64,000 nucleotides of DNA from Bacteroidota bacterium. Lineage in GTDB: Bacteria; Bacteroidota; Ignavibacteria; Kryptoniales; JAKASW01. The position numbers were made by a program, and so were the translations under genes. The stretch is from the NCBI GenBank assembly GCA_021845665.1, contig JAJZVO010000014.1, forward strand, positions 10,535-74,534, read 5' to 3'. The notes under the pieces are model-generated. The model worked only from the letters and a program-made list of their open reading frames with translations, had not been told where the DNA came from and ran no database searches. Shown one piece after another: positions 18,847-27,794 of the stretch (positions are counted from its first letter, which is position 1; each line of letters starts with the position of its first letter).

Positions 18847-20232
18847 TCACAAGTTCTTAGTTCGAATGATTTCGTTTCTCAACTCTTCGAAAGTAGTGTT
18901 GCTGTAGCTCCGTTTGAGAGGAACCCTGACGCCATTTATTTCGGCGACTACACTTTGATGGATGGTCCCAAGCACGGTAAGTTTCGGACATTTCTTGCGG
19001 CTCATTTCCAGCACTTTATCCTGCTTCTTTACGGAAAGCTCCTTCACAAGATCGTTTTGACGGCGGAGTTTGTCCTGGAGAAGCTTGAGCTGCTCGGCCT
19101 TCTCGCCGGTGAAATTGTTGCTGTCGATTCGCTCCCTGACCAATAGATAGATGTCGTTCTTGAGCTGTTCGATCGTTTTGGCTTGCAGCTGAATCTCTCG
19201 ATCTATAGCAATCGCGTTTTCCCTCAGGAGCTCGGCCATGCCGACTTTTACCCTCGTGGTAGAATAAAGCTCCCCGCCGATCGTACGAGCTTCGATTGCT
19301 TCTCCCGCAGCTATTATACCCCCCATGATCGTGGCGTTCGTCCCAATTACCTTTTCCGAGGCGATCAGGTGAGCATTTACACATTCCCTCCCGATTTTTA
19401 TGGAACCTTCTGCCTCTATCAACTGGTTCAAGACAACGTTGACGTCAACATTCCCGCCGGCCCTGATCAACCCGTCACCTCGACCGACAAAGCTCTTTTC
19501 CACAACAACATTCCCGCCGACGATTATCTTGGCGTCCTCTACCGATCCTTCGACGCGAAGGTCATGCCGGATCTTGAGGCTTCCGCTCCCTTTGATGTCA
19601 CCGGTGACCAACAGTGACCCGGCGAACTCCAACTCACCTGCCGAATAGTCGACGTCATCGTGGATCGTATGCTGCGGGACGATCTCTACACTGGCCGCCC
19701 CAACATGGAGGTACCCGTCTGCGGCAGCTTCAAGGATAATCTTATCTTCCATGTCGGTCCGTTTGATCTCGGGACCTGTGAAAACGTTAAGGGGTTTACC
19801 TTCCTTCGGCTGCACTTTTCTGCCGAATATGTCTATGCCGACACTTCCTGCAGTGGGCTTATAGATCTCACCTATCACATCTTCAGCGAATACGTTGGTG
19901 ATGTTGAATTTCTTTTCGCCATCGGACCGCGGACGGGATTCCACCCGTTTGAAAAAACCCTCCCCACCGTCGGAATGTCTCGAGCCGCGTGCAACCAATG
20001 TTCGTACTCCGGGGTCTTTGATGGCCGCGCGTGCCGCATTCAAGTCGACACCATACACGATTCCGTCAGCCTCAAGTATAGCCCGAATGTCGGACAGTTC
20101 CAGACCTTCCTTTTCCACGATTGCGTATGCTTCGTAGCCGTCGCTCGAAATATCGAGCTGGACTTGTCTGTTCGCGACCTCCACTTTTATTCGATCTCCA
20201 CGTTCGCTTTCTGACTGACTCATGTTTGTCAT
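18847..20232 (-). CDS. FapA/DUF342-family protein (flagellar-assembly protein A-like)
   Basis: N-terminal domain ([12 protein letters not shown]...[15 protein letters not shown]), a central beta-helix-like repeat region ([11 protein letters not shown]..., GNVVVEKSF..., GNVDVNV...), then [17 protein letters not shown] and a C-terminal coiled coil. This is the typical DUF342 layout. Confidence 0.7.
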   Translation of the reverse strand: MTNMSQSESERGDRIKVEVANRQVQLDISSDGYEAYAIVEKEGLELSDIRAILEADGIVYGVDLNAARAAIKDPGVRTLVARGSRHSDGGEGFFKRVESRPRSDGEKKFNITNVFAEDVIGEIYKPTAGSVGIDIFGRKVQPKEGKPLNVFTGPEIKRTDMEDKIILEAAADGYLHVGAASVEIVPQHTIHDDVDYSAGELEFAGSLLVTGDIKGSGSLKIRHDLRVEGSVEDAKIIVGGNVVVEKSFVGRGDGLIRAGGNVDVNVVLNQLIEAEGSIKIGRECVNAHLIASEKVIGTNATIMGGIIAAGEAIEARTIGGELYSTTRVKVGMAELLRENAIAIDREIQLQAKTIEQLKNDIYLLVRERIDSNNFTGEKAEQLKLLQDKLRRQNDLVKELSVKKQDKVLEMSRKKCPKLTVLGTIHQSVVAEINGVRVPLKRSYSNTTFEELRNEIIRTKNL

Positions 20233-21989
20233 AGCCCTCTCATCGTAAGTACCGGTGACGATTTGCCGGCAGGTTGAGCTTCTTTGCGTTCTTCCTGGCG
20301 TATCGAATCTGTGCCGATCGACATGCTGCGGTGATGTTGTCCGCTGCCGCCGAATTTGAAATTCGTTGTGAACTTTTGCAGTTCGCCGGTAAGCCTGGAT
20401 AGGTCTTCTGTGGCCCGTGCTATCTGGGCAATACCTTTTGCCGATTCAATCGAGACCGTCGAGATTGACTCCACGTTCTGTGATATTTGCTCGCTCGTAG
20501 ATGATTGTTCTTCGCTCGCGGCGGCGATCTGCATCATCATATCGACGACATTGTCGGTGTTGCTCACGATGTTCTTCAGTGACTTGCCTGCCAAGTCTGC
20601 AAGTTCAATCCCTTTAGCCACTTCGATGTTGCCGCGTTTCATTGATGCGACCGCTACGCTAGCTTCGGCCTGAACGTTTTTTATCATCGCAGCGATTTGC
20701 TTGGTTGCGGCCGTTGTCCTTTCGGCGAGCTTCTTCACCTCATCGGCAACTACCGCAAAACCGCGTCCCTCTTCTCCCGCTCTGGCAGCCTCGATGGCGG
20801 CGTTCAGGGCAAGGAGGTTGGTCTGGTCTGCAATATCGTCTATGACCAGTACTATTTCGCCGATTGCTTGCGATGCCGACCCGAGTCGTTCCACGGTAGC
20901 GGCAGAGTTTTGAACTACCTCCGCGATCTCCCCTATTTTAAGCACAGTCTGGTCGACGATTTTGCTCCCCTCGTTGGCGACGATTCCGTTTTTCTTCGCG
21001 ATGTCGGCAGTCAAAGTCGCATTCCTGGAATTTTCGACGACTGTCCTGGTCATCTCTTCGACGGCAGCGGCAACTTCGCCGGTCTGGGTGGATTGTTCCT
21101 GAGCGCCAGCAGAGAGTTCTTCCGTCGAACTGCTAATCTGTGCCGAAGCGGTGGCTGCAGCGGTTGAAGTTTCGGAGACCTGCCGAAGCGTGTTCCTGAG
21201 GCTGACAATCGTCTTATTGACCTCCGTACCAAGCCCAAACAGCTGGCTGTCCTCTTCGATAACGACACCAGTAGTCAGGTCTCCAGAGGCAAGAGCTTTG
21301 ATCGCGTCCTCGATCGGCCGGGTCTGCTGTTTGAGATACTCCTTCTGTCTCTCGATGCTGTTTCTGAGATCGATGAATGTCAGGAAAGCTCCGACGATTT
21401 CGCCGTTTGCTTTCTTGATCGGGCCCGCGCTTGCAATTACCGGTATTGACTCATCTGCTTTATTGCGGATGTTCACCTCGAAAGCGGGGACGGGCGTACC
21501 AGCAAGCGCGGTTCTGGTCGCATGATCTGTCCCGAACAACTCCAGTGTCTTCATCTTCCCGATGGCATTTCCGGCGTTCACCTGCATGAGCTCACATGCA
21601 GCTCTGTTTATAAATGTCAATGTCGTGTCTTTGTCGGCCATGAAAAACGGACTTTCGATGCTTAGCTGGATGCTCTTTGAAATCGCCGCTTCGTCCTTAA
21701 CATGATAGGCGATTTTGTGCAGCGACGCGGCGAGACTTTTAAGTTCGGCGCCCTTCACTAAGCGTGTTTCAACGTCGTAATTGCCTGCGGCGATCTTCTC
21801 GGCATCTTCGTCAAGTGTTCTAATCGGATTGGATATCCCTGCCGCAAGCATGAATCCCAATCCCGATAAACATATGACTGAGATAGCTATTATCAGGATG
21901 CTGTGAGTGTATCCGGCCGTGAGTGAAAATCCTAAGACGAGTAGCACAGCTGCGGTTATTTTTGTGGTGACTCTTAGTTCTGCAATCAT
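20229..21989 (-). CDS. Methyl-accepting chemotaxis protein (TM hairpin, HAMP, PAS-like, signalling domain)
   Basis: Two closely spaced N-terminal TM helices with no periplasmic domain. Highly conserved MCP hairpin tip ([43 protein letters not shown]). Confidence 0.9.
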   Translation of the reverse strand: MIAELRVTTKITAAVLLVLGFSLTAGYTHSILIIAISVICLSGLGFMLAAGISNPIRTLDEDAEKIAAGNYDVETRLVKGAELKSLAASLHKIAYHVKDEAAISKSIQLSIESPFFMADKDTTLTFINRAACELMQVNAGNAIGKMKTLELFGTDHATRTALAGTPVPAFEVNIRNKADESIPVIASAGPIKKANGEIVGAFLTFIDLRNSIERQKEYLKQQTRPIEDAIKALASGDLTTGVVIEEDSQLFGLGTEVNKTIVSLRNTLRQVSETSTAAATASAQISSSTEELSAGAQEQSTQTGEVAAAVEEMTRTVVENSRNATLTADIAKKNGIVANEGSKIVDQTVLKIGEIAEVVQNSAATVERLGSASQAIGEIVLVIDDIADQTNLLALNAAIEAARAGEEGRGFAVVADEVKKLAERTTAATKQIAAMIKNVQAEASVAVASMKRGNIEVAKGIELADLAGKSLKNIVSNTDNVVDMMMQIAAASEEQSSTSEQISQNVESISTVSIESAKGIAQIARATEDLSRLTGELQKFTTNFKFGGSGQHHRSMSIGTDSIRQEERKEAQPAGKSSPVLTMRGL

Positions 21990-22035
21990 TCAAGAAATGG
22001 TCCTTCTGCATTCATGCTGTGGTTCGTTTCCATTA

Positions 22036-22386
22036 CTACACCCGTTGTAGCGATTCTTCAGGCTCGTACCTTCCGAACCTCGTTGTTTGGTTCTGGAAAC
22101 AATCGGTTAATTCGACAAAATCGGCGGCGACTTCCGATTGCGCTGCCATTTTCTCGCCCGGTCCCGCGGAGACGGTCAATATTAGGGCTGTGCTTCGCGA
22201 AATGAGATTGAGGTGATTGAGGCCGCGGCGGTTGTCGGCTGAATATCCGGGGCCGGTCGATGCTGAGGGGGCGCATACGTTAGCATTGTTCCCGATGACA
22301 ACCGCTGAAATGATAAGCAGCGGGCCGGCCGTCACCAAAGTGAGGATTATGCGCGTCGATAAATGTGTGTTATATAGCCACTTCAC
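22036..22386 (-). CDS. Hypothetical small membrane-anchored protein (uncertain gene)
   Basis: This is the only same-strand ORF filling the 459-bp gap between cheW and the MCP gene. It has a GTG start and an N-terminal hydrophobic helix (IILTLVTAGPLLIISAVVIG). No recognisable family, and there are competing ORFs on the other strand. Confidence 0.3.
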   Translation of the reverse strand: MKWLYNTHLSTRIILTLVTAGPLLIISAVVIGNNANVCAPSASTGPGYSADNRRGLNHLNLISRSTALILTVSAGPGEKMAAQSEVAADFVELTDCFQNQTTRFGRYEPEESLQRV

Positions 22387-22448
22387 TTTCTGCCCGCCTC
22401 GCTGAGATGATTAAACTGATTTTTTCTTTGATTGTGTGTCAATGGTAA

Positions 22449-22946
22449 TCATGCGTTCACTTCGGCGTCGACTTCCGCGAGTTTCTCTTGTTCGTCGGAA
22501 GAGAGTACCCTGTCGAGATCGAGAAGGATAAGAAGTCGGTCCTGGAGCTTCGCTACGCCGGTGATGTAACTCGAGTTGATGGATGTAGTCAATTCGGGAG
22601 GAGGTTCGATGACGGTCTTCTCAACCCTTATCACTTCTTTCACCTTGTCCACAAGGAAGCCGACGACTTTGTCGACGAGCTCGACGACAATTATCCTGGT
22701 GTCGTTGTCACGGTCTTTCCGCGCCATTCCGAACCTCTTGCGGAGATCGATAACCGGGACTATTTTGCCGCGAAGGTTGATAACCCCTTCTACAAAATCG
22801 GGCGACTTGGGAACCCGTGTGATGTCCACTGTGCGGATAATTTCCTGGACCTTCAGGATATCGACGCCGAATTCTTCGTTTTCGATTACGAAGCTTACCA
22901 GTTGGTAAATGGTTTCTTTGGACTGGTTGCTGCTAACGGCAGTCAT
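22449..22946 (-). CDS. cheW: Chemotaxis coupling protein CheW
   Basis: Single CheW domain (YQLVSFVIENEEFGVDILKVQEI..., INLRGKIVPVIDLRKRFG). Confidence 0.9.
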   Translation of the reverse strand: MTAVSSNQSKETIYQLVSFVIENEEFGVDILKVQEIIRTVDITRVPKSPDFVEGVINLRGKIVPVIDLRKRFGMARKDRDNDTRIIVVELVDKVVGFLVDKVKEVIRVEKTVIEPPPELTTSINSSYITGVAKLQDRLLILLDLDRVLSSDEQEKLAEVDAEVNA

Positions 22947-22949
22947 TTT

Positions 22950-24881
22950 TCATTTCCTCCTGGAACCGTTTGAGTTGGAACCGTTTGAATGAGAGTCGGT
23001 CCTGTATGCGCTCTTCGTGATAGGGACAATCTTGCCGTTTTCCCTGACTCCATACGAGCTTCTTTCTTCCAGGTTTGAATCGAGATGGAACCGTTCGATA
23101 AGTTCACGCAGGTGTTCCGTCAGGCGATTCAGATTCTCGGCAGTTCTGGCCAAGTCCACCGTAGCCGCCGAGACATGCCCGGACACTGATGAGATGCTCT
23201 CGACGTTATGTGAAATCTGTTCGCTTGCAGACGACTGTTCTTCGCCGGCGGCGGCAATTTGATTGATCATGCCGACGACACCGTTCACCGAGGAGATTAT
23301 TTCGGAGAGGGATTCGGCAGCCTTGTCGGCGAGCTTCATTCCGTTTTCTGCTTCGGTGTTCCCCTCAGTCATGGCTAATACCACTTGCGTGGTCTCCTGC
23401 TGGATTCTCTTGATCATGCCTGCAATTTCTTTCGTTGCCGACGTGGTACGCTCCGCGAGTTTTCTGACTTCATCGGCGACGACTGCAAATCCGCGGCCTT
23501 GCTCGCCCGCTCTTGCCGCTTCAATAGCGGCGTTCAACGCCAGCAGGTTCGTCTGGTCTGCGATATCGTCAATCACCTGTATTATCTCACCTATCTGTGC
23601 ACTCGACTTACCGAGGGTATCGACTATCTCGGCAGACTTCTTCACAAGCTTGGCGATCTTTGTCATTCCTTCGATGGTTTCCTGGAAGACTTTTTCTCCC
23701 GCATTGGCAAGGTCGGATGCTTTTTTCGCCATACCGGCGGCTTCGTTCGCATTTTTTGAGGATTCTATGACGGTCTTGGACATTTGCTCGACTGCTGTGG
23801 CGACTTCACGGGTCTGGTTCGCCTGTTCGGCTGCGCCCGTCGACATTTCCTCGGCGGCAGATGAGATCTGCCCGGATGCTTCGGCCAGGGAATTCCCGGC
23901 GTGGTGTACCTCTCCGATCAGACCGTTCAGGTCGCGTATCATCTGGTTGACTTTTCCCATCAGAGCAGCCACTTCGTCGTTGTTTTCGATTGTGAGCTCT
24001 TTGGTGAGATCGCCTTTGGTTACTGCCTCCACGACATCGGATATTTTCTCGAATTGCTTTTTGAGATAGGTCTGTCTCTCTTCAGACTCTTGCTGCATTG
24101 ACTCCGCCAGTTTTCTCGCTTCCTCAGCCTGCTGGGTCTTCAAGTTTACTTCGTCGAGCGCTTTCTTACTGTTTTCAATCATTATGTTGAACGATGCCGC
24201 CAACTGACCTATTTCATCTCCCTGATTAAGATCGACCCGTACATCGAAATCGCCCGCGGCAACCTTTTGAACGGACTGTTTGAGCAAATCCACGGGCAGA
24301 ATTACCGTTTTTCGTACCAGGTACATCGCCACCATTCCGAAGAAGCCAAACAACAGAAATATGAAAACGGAAATCAGAATGCTGGTCGTGTTTTCAGATG
24401 ACAGAGACTGAGAAGAGATCGCGACCGAAACATAGCCGAGGAGCTGATGAGTGTTTTTGTTTTCGACCTTGACAGTCGAAATGGCGACGGGGGTCCCGTC
24501 GTTCATACTTGCGCTTTTGACGGTTCCTGCCATTGCGAGGGGATTCAGGTTCGACAGTTTGATAGAACTGTAATCGAGTTGAGCGAGCGTTTGGCCGGAA
24601 GGTGTGAAGAACGCACCGGCCACAGCATCGCCGGCACCGACGAGGTTGCGCAGCGCGTCCGAGAGGCCGGACGAATCGCTCATCATGAGACCAAATTGTG
24701 ATTGTGCGCCGACCGCCTGAGCAAGGAGGCTGGCTTTGTCGTTCAGCTGCCGCTCCGAAACGCCGACAGAGTATCTCGAGTAGACAAAAACGAGCGTCCA
24801 AGCAAATAGGATAAACGATATGAGAAGGATGGAAAATTTCCGTCGCAGCCGAATGTTCGCGATTCGTTGGTTAGTGTTCAT
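22950..24881 (-). CDS. Methyl-accepting chemotaxis protein with ~150-aa periplasmic domain and HAMP
   Basis: TM1 ([19 protein letters not shown]), a periplasmic segment, TM2, HAMP ([21 protein letters not shown]), and the MCP tip ([43 protein letters not shown]). Confidence 0.9.
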   Translation of the reverse strand: MNTNQRIANIRLRRKFSILLISFILFAWTLVFVYSRYSVGVSERQLNDKASLLAQAVGAQSQFGLMMSDSSGLSDALRNLVGAGDAVAGAFFTPSGQTLAQLDYSSIKLSNLNPLAMAGTVKSASMNDGTPVAISTVKVENKNTHQLLGYVSVAISSQSLSSENTTSILISVFIFLLFGFFGMVAMYLVRKTVILPVDLLKQSVQKVAAGDFDVRVDLNQGDEIGQLAASFNIMIENSKKALDEVNLKTQQAEEARKLAESMQQESEERQTYLKKQFEKISDVVEAVTKGDLTKELTIENNDEVAALMGKVNQMIRDLNGLIGEVHHAGNSLAEASGQISSAAEEMSTGAAEQANQTREVATAVEQMSKTVIESSKNANEAAGMAKKASDLANAGEKVFQETIEGMTKIAKLVKKSAEIVDTLGKSSAQIGEIIQVIDDIADQTNLLALNAAIEAARAGEQGRGFAVVADEVRKLAERTTSATKEIAGMIKRIQQETTQVVLAMTEGNTEAENGMKLADKAAESLSEIISSVNGVVGMINQIAAAGEEQSSASEQISHNVESISSVSGHVSAATVDLARTAENLNRLTEHLRELIERFHLDSNLEERSSYGVRENGKIVPITKSAYRTDSHSNGSNSNGSRRK

Positions 24882-24890
24882 CTTGAATCC

Positions 24891-25460
24891 TCAGTTTGAT
24901 GCCAAAACTTGTGTGACCGAAGCATACTTTTCCGGGACCTTGAGTCCAAGTGCATTAAGAGTCTTTTGATTCACGTAGAGCTTTGTATTTCCGCCGTCGG
25001 TGACTACAGCCGCGCATGCTCCCTCTGAGACCCAGGAGGTATTCGGTGCAAAGAGAGGAATCCCCTGTAAGGCGGCGTTTTTTATGAGGTAATCCCGGGC
25101 GATAGAACTCCCGATCAAGCTGCTGTTCTGGATGACCCAAAGGGCCTGAACATGGTAACTCCCGGTGAGATCCCGAAACTGCGCCGCTACATCAGGGAGC
25201 GCCTCAACATCCGCAAGAACGATCTTCACTCCGAAGGATGCGGAAGCTCTCTTTACCTGGTTAAGCAGATTCCCGTTGTTGTCTGCGGACTGTTTGTAGA
25301 TCAGCCCAACTGTCTTTACCTGTGGCAGCATTTGTTTTATCATGAATAATGATTGCAGCGGTGTTGCGTTCGACTCCAGTGCCTCAGGTGTGCCGAAAAA
25401 AGCGGCTGATATTAGCAACACTAAGGAAAGCTGGACGGCTATCTTTTTGAGCAAGTGCAT
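24891..25460 (-). CDS. Secreted single-lobe periplasmic-binding-protein-like protein (ABC_sub_bind-like, half length)
   Basis: Signal peptide (LLKKIAVQLSLVLLISAAFF). The rest resembles one lobe of ABC-type substrate-binding proteins (KTVGLIYKQS..., ALWVIQNSSLIG..., GIPLFAPNTSWVSEGA). It is the first gene of the che operon, 9 nt upstream of the MCP gene. Confidence 0.5.
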   Translation of the reverse strand: MHLLKKIAVQLSLVLLISAAFFGTPEALESNATPLQSLFMIKQMLPQVKTVGLIYKQSADNNGNLLNQVKRASASFGVKIVLADVEALPDVAAQFRDLTGSYHVQALWVIQNSSLIGSSIARDYLIKNAALQGIPLFAPNTSWVSEGACAAVVTDGGNTKLYVNQKTLNALGLKVPEKYASVTQVLASN

Positions 25461-25830
25461 CTGGACGCTTCCTTTGTTTTCTTGTTAAGGCCATTTCCAT
25501 TGTTTTCATTTCGTACTGAAGAGAGCAAGCTATTCAAGCCCCCTCGCTCTCTTATAAGAGAATGACATTGCAATCGGGAGTATGTGCGCGATTGCCACGG
25601 ACTTCACGCATTGATATTTCACTTTGCGTTCCTCTTTGAAAGAGCGTTCACCGAAGATGGTTCTTCCATCGGTACCATCGATTTCATCTCTCCCGGAATA
25701 AATGCGCTTATAGCTTCGGCAATATTTGCAGACGCAGAGTCTTGCGACCTCCCCCGGTGACGCAAAGCCATCGGTCCAGCGCTGCGATGAATTATAAACA
25801 TCGTGTCCATACTCCTTCGTGCTTTCAATC

Positions 25831-25846
25831 ACAATCGGCGTGCCAC
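25831..25846 (-). promoter_or_regulatory. Candidate sigma-54 (-24/-12) promoter for the chemotaxis operon
   Basis: The minus strand reads GTGGCACGCCGATTGT, i.e. TGGCACG-N4-TTGT against the consensus TGGCACG-N4-TTGCW. It lies ~370 nt upstream of the first che-operon start codon (25460). Confidence 0.5.
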
Positions 25847-25993
25847 TTTTATTCTTCGGATTTTGGAACGCAATCGATAGTGAGGGCTTAATTTTCCCGG
25901 AAATGGAGGAATATTAGCCAGTAGGTTGAATAATAATCGCCATATATAGGAAGGGCCGGGGAAGGTTCAAGGCCAGGGCATCGGACGGATAAG

Positions 25994-26008
25994 GTTGACG
26001 ATGTCAAC
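25994..26008. promoter_or_regulatory. Perfect 15-bp palindrome GTTGAC-GAT-GTCAAC, a candidate activator (UAS) site between divergent promoters
   Basis: Read directly from the sequence. Its centre (26001) is ~156 bp from the minus-strand -24 element and ~141 bp from the plus-strand -24 element. A second imperfect inverted repeat, TGACG-N8-CGTCA, lies at 26024-26041. Confidence 0.4.
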
Positions 26009-26141
26009 TCTAACTAATGATCGTGACGGCAGCGGTCGTCAGATGAAGTCCGCGGCTGGCGAATAGTGAACAACGATGGAGAATATTGAGCAAGCGACGG
26101 AGGGATGCATCAATTTCCCGCCCGGATTCAACCATCGGAGT

Positions 26142-26156
26142 TGGCACAGACGTTGA
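26142..26156 (+). promoter_or_regulatory. Candidate sigma-54 (-24/-12) promoter for the flagellar super-operon
   Basis: TGGCACAGACGTTGA, i.e. TGGCAC-N5-TTGA against the consensus TGGCAC-N5-TTGC. The predicted TSS (~26167) lies just upstream of AGGAG (26175-26179) and the ATG at 26187. Confidence 0.55.
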
Positions 26157-26186
26157 TTTAGTTGCGGAGAGCATAGGAGCGTTGGT

Positions 26187-26321
26187 ATGAATAGATATCT
26201 GGTAATGGTTTCGTTGATTGCTTTCGCTTACACGCTGGCGATATTCATAACCGGTACTCAGGATGCCGAAGATATATCAGCGGAGACGGACGAAGAGATG
26301 GAAAACCACTTAGGAGTCTGA
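26187..26321 (+). CDS. 44-aa small membrane protein, putative first cistron of the flagellar operon (below the ORF-track cutoff)
   Basis: My own translation is MNRYLVMVSLIAFAYTLAIFITGTQDAEDISAETDEEMENHLGV. AGGAG lies 7 nt upstream. It has one TM helix plus an acidic tail. Its stop is 2 nt before the flgB ATG, and its last codons (TTAGGAGTC) supply the flgB SD. Confidence 0.45.
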   Translation: MNRYLVMVSLIAFAYTLAIFITGTQDAEDISAETDEEMENHLGV

Positions 26322-26323
26322 AG

Positions 26324-26707
26324 ATGAAAATAGGATTGTTTGACAGAAGCAGAATTCCTCTTCTTGAAAAAGAGATGGACTTGTTTGTAGCCAGGAACAA
26401 GGCTATAGCCAACAACGTCGCGAACATCGCAACTCCCGGATACAAGACGGTCAATGTAGGTTTTCAGCATGAGCTGTCGAATGCGATCGCCAATTCAACG
26501 AACGACGTTCAGCTCAGCGAAGAGATCAAGAACATTCAACCGGCAATTCAAGTTGACAACAGTGGTACTCTGGACAGCGGTGCAAACAATATCAATATCG
26601 ATCAGCAGATGGCTGATCTGGCTAAGAACCAGCTCCAGTTCAAGATGGCGGCAAGGTTGACTTCCATCACGCTGCAAATGATAGACAAGAGCATAAACGG
26701 GGTGTGA
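26324..26707 (+). CDS. flgB: Flagellar basal-body rod protein FlgB
   Basis: Rod-protein N-terminal motif (ANNVANIATPGYK) and a C-terminal helical segment. First of the flgB-flgC-fliE order. Confidence 0.9.
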   Translation: MKIGLFDRSRIPLLEKEMDLFVARNKAIANNVANIATPGYKTVNVGFQHELSNAIANSTNDVQLSEEIKNIQPAIQVDNSGTLDSGANNINIDQQMADLAKNQLQFKMAARLTSITLQMIDKSINGV

Positions 26708-27204
26708 TCGTGAAGATAGGAGACATGTTTTCTGCGATAGACATAAGCGCTTCCGGTCTTGCGTTGCAGCGCAAGAAGATGAATGCAATAGCGAGCAACC
26801 TGGCAAACGCTGATTCTGTTGGGACAAACGGGCAGCCATACAAGATGGAAGAAGTCTTGTCGACACCCGGTCAGCCTATCACATTCAGGCAGACACTTGC
26901 CAGCCAGTTCCCGTCAATGGAGCTTTCCGGACCGGAACAAATGCAGATGCCTGCTTTTGGTGCCACAATTCCGGATTTCACGGTGAGGGAGGTCGCAAGC
27001 AAAGTGGTCCAGGTCCCGACTGCGGTCAAGACGGTCTACGATCCGACCAACCCGTATGCAAATTCCCAGGGATACGTGACGGAACCCAAGATTAACGTGG
27101 TAACGGAGATGGTGGATATGATCACGACGACCCGGGAATATCAGGCTAACGTTACAGCCATACAGGCTTCAAAGAGCATTATAAAAGACTCAATCGATAT
27201 CTGA
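26704..27204 (+). CDS. flgC: Flagellar basal-body rod protein FlgC
   Basis: FSAIDISASGLALQRKKMNAIASNLANADS N-terminus and C-terminal VVTEMVDMITTTREYQANV motif. The start could be the GTG at 26704 or the ATG at 26725. Confidence 0.9.
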   Translation: MIVKIGDMFSAIDISASGLALQRKKMNAIASNLANADSVGTNGQPYKMEEVLSTPGQPITFRQTLASQFPSMELSGPEQMQMPAFGATIPDFTVREVASKVVQVPTAVKTVYDPTNPYANSQGYVTEPKINVVTEMVDMITTTREYQANVTAIQASKSIIKDSIDI

Positions 27205-27212
27205 GGAGACTT

Positions 27213-27482
27213 ATGAAGGTTGGTTCAATTTCAAGTATGGGTTATTCGCCGGTATCACAGAAAGAGCCTGCAAGGAGTCCCAAGCTGGCGGCTCCGGAAC
27301 AGAAATCTCAGGCAACAGCAGGAACATCTGTCAATCATGGCGGCCTCACTAACGCCGAGCGTGCCTTCTTTGCGAAGCTCTTTCCTGAATCGTCTTCGCA
27401 GATACATGCTCATTCAACTTATTCACCCAGCGGCATTCATGCTTCCGTGGAGCCGGGACAAATTATAAATAGGAAGGTTTAA
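27213..27482 (+). CDS. Hypothetical 89-aa protein inserted between flgC and fliE
   Basis: GAGGAG SD lies 4-5 nt before the ATG. The stop is 1 nt before the fliE ATG and its 3' end carries the fliE SD (AGGAAGG). The protein is S/P/A-rich with no recognised family. Confidence 0.55.
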   Translation: MKVGSISSMGYSPVSQKEPARSPKLAAPEQKSQATAGTSVNHGGLTNAERAFFAKLFPESSSQIHAHSTYSPSGIHASVEPGQIINRKV

Positions 27483-27483
27483 G

Positions 27484-27783
27484 ATGCAGGTAAGTGAACT
27501 ACAGGCAGCGATAGGGAGGTTGGCGCCGGACATTTCTGCCAACAAAAGCGCTGAAGATGTCACGTCGAATTTCGCCGACATGCTCGACGGATTTGTCAAT
27601 CATGTCAACGAGCTGCAGACAAAGGCAAACACTGCCATAGATGATATGGCCTCGGGTCAGCCGGCGAATGTCAATGAGGTCATGGTCGCAATGGAAAAAG
27701 CCAAGATCAGCTTCGATATGCTTCTGCAGATCAGGAACAAGATGCTGGATGCATATAAGCAAATAATGCAGATGCAGATGTGA
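27484..27783 (+). CDS. fliE: Flagellar hook-basal body complex protein FliE
   Basis: FADMLDGFVNHVNELQ..., MVAMEKAKISFDMLLQIRNKMLDAYKQIMQMQM is the typical FliE C-terminus. Confidence 0.9.
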   Translation: MQVSELQAAIGRLAPDISANKSAEDVTSNFADMLDGFVNHVNELQTKANTAIDDMASGQPANVNEVMVAMEKAKISFDMLLQIRNKMLDAYKQIMQMQM

Positions 27784-27794
27784 ACCGCTGAAAA

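Noticed and set aside
25530-25832. 100-aa (and overlapping 69-aa, 25619-25828) minus-strand ORFs between the che operon and the flagellar operon
   Set aside because: The GTG start of the 100-aa ORF lies inside the proposed sigma-54 -12 element, so it would be upstream of the predicted TSS. There is no SD, no recognisable family, and two competing frames. The region is more likely a ~360-nt leader. A shorter peptide from the ATG at 25801 after AAGGAG (25812-25817) cannot be excluded.
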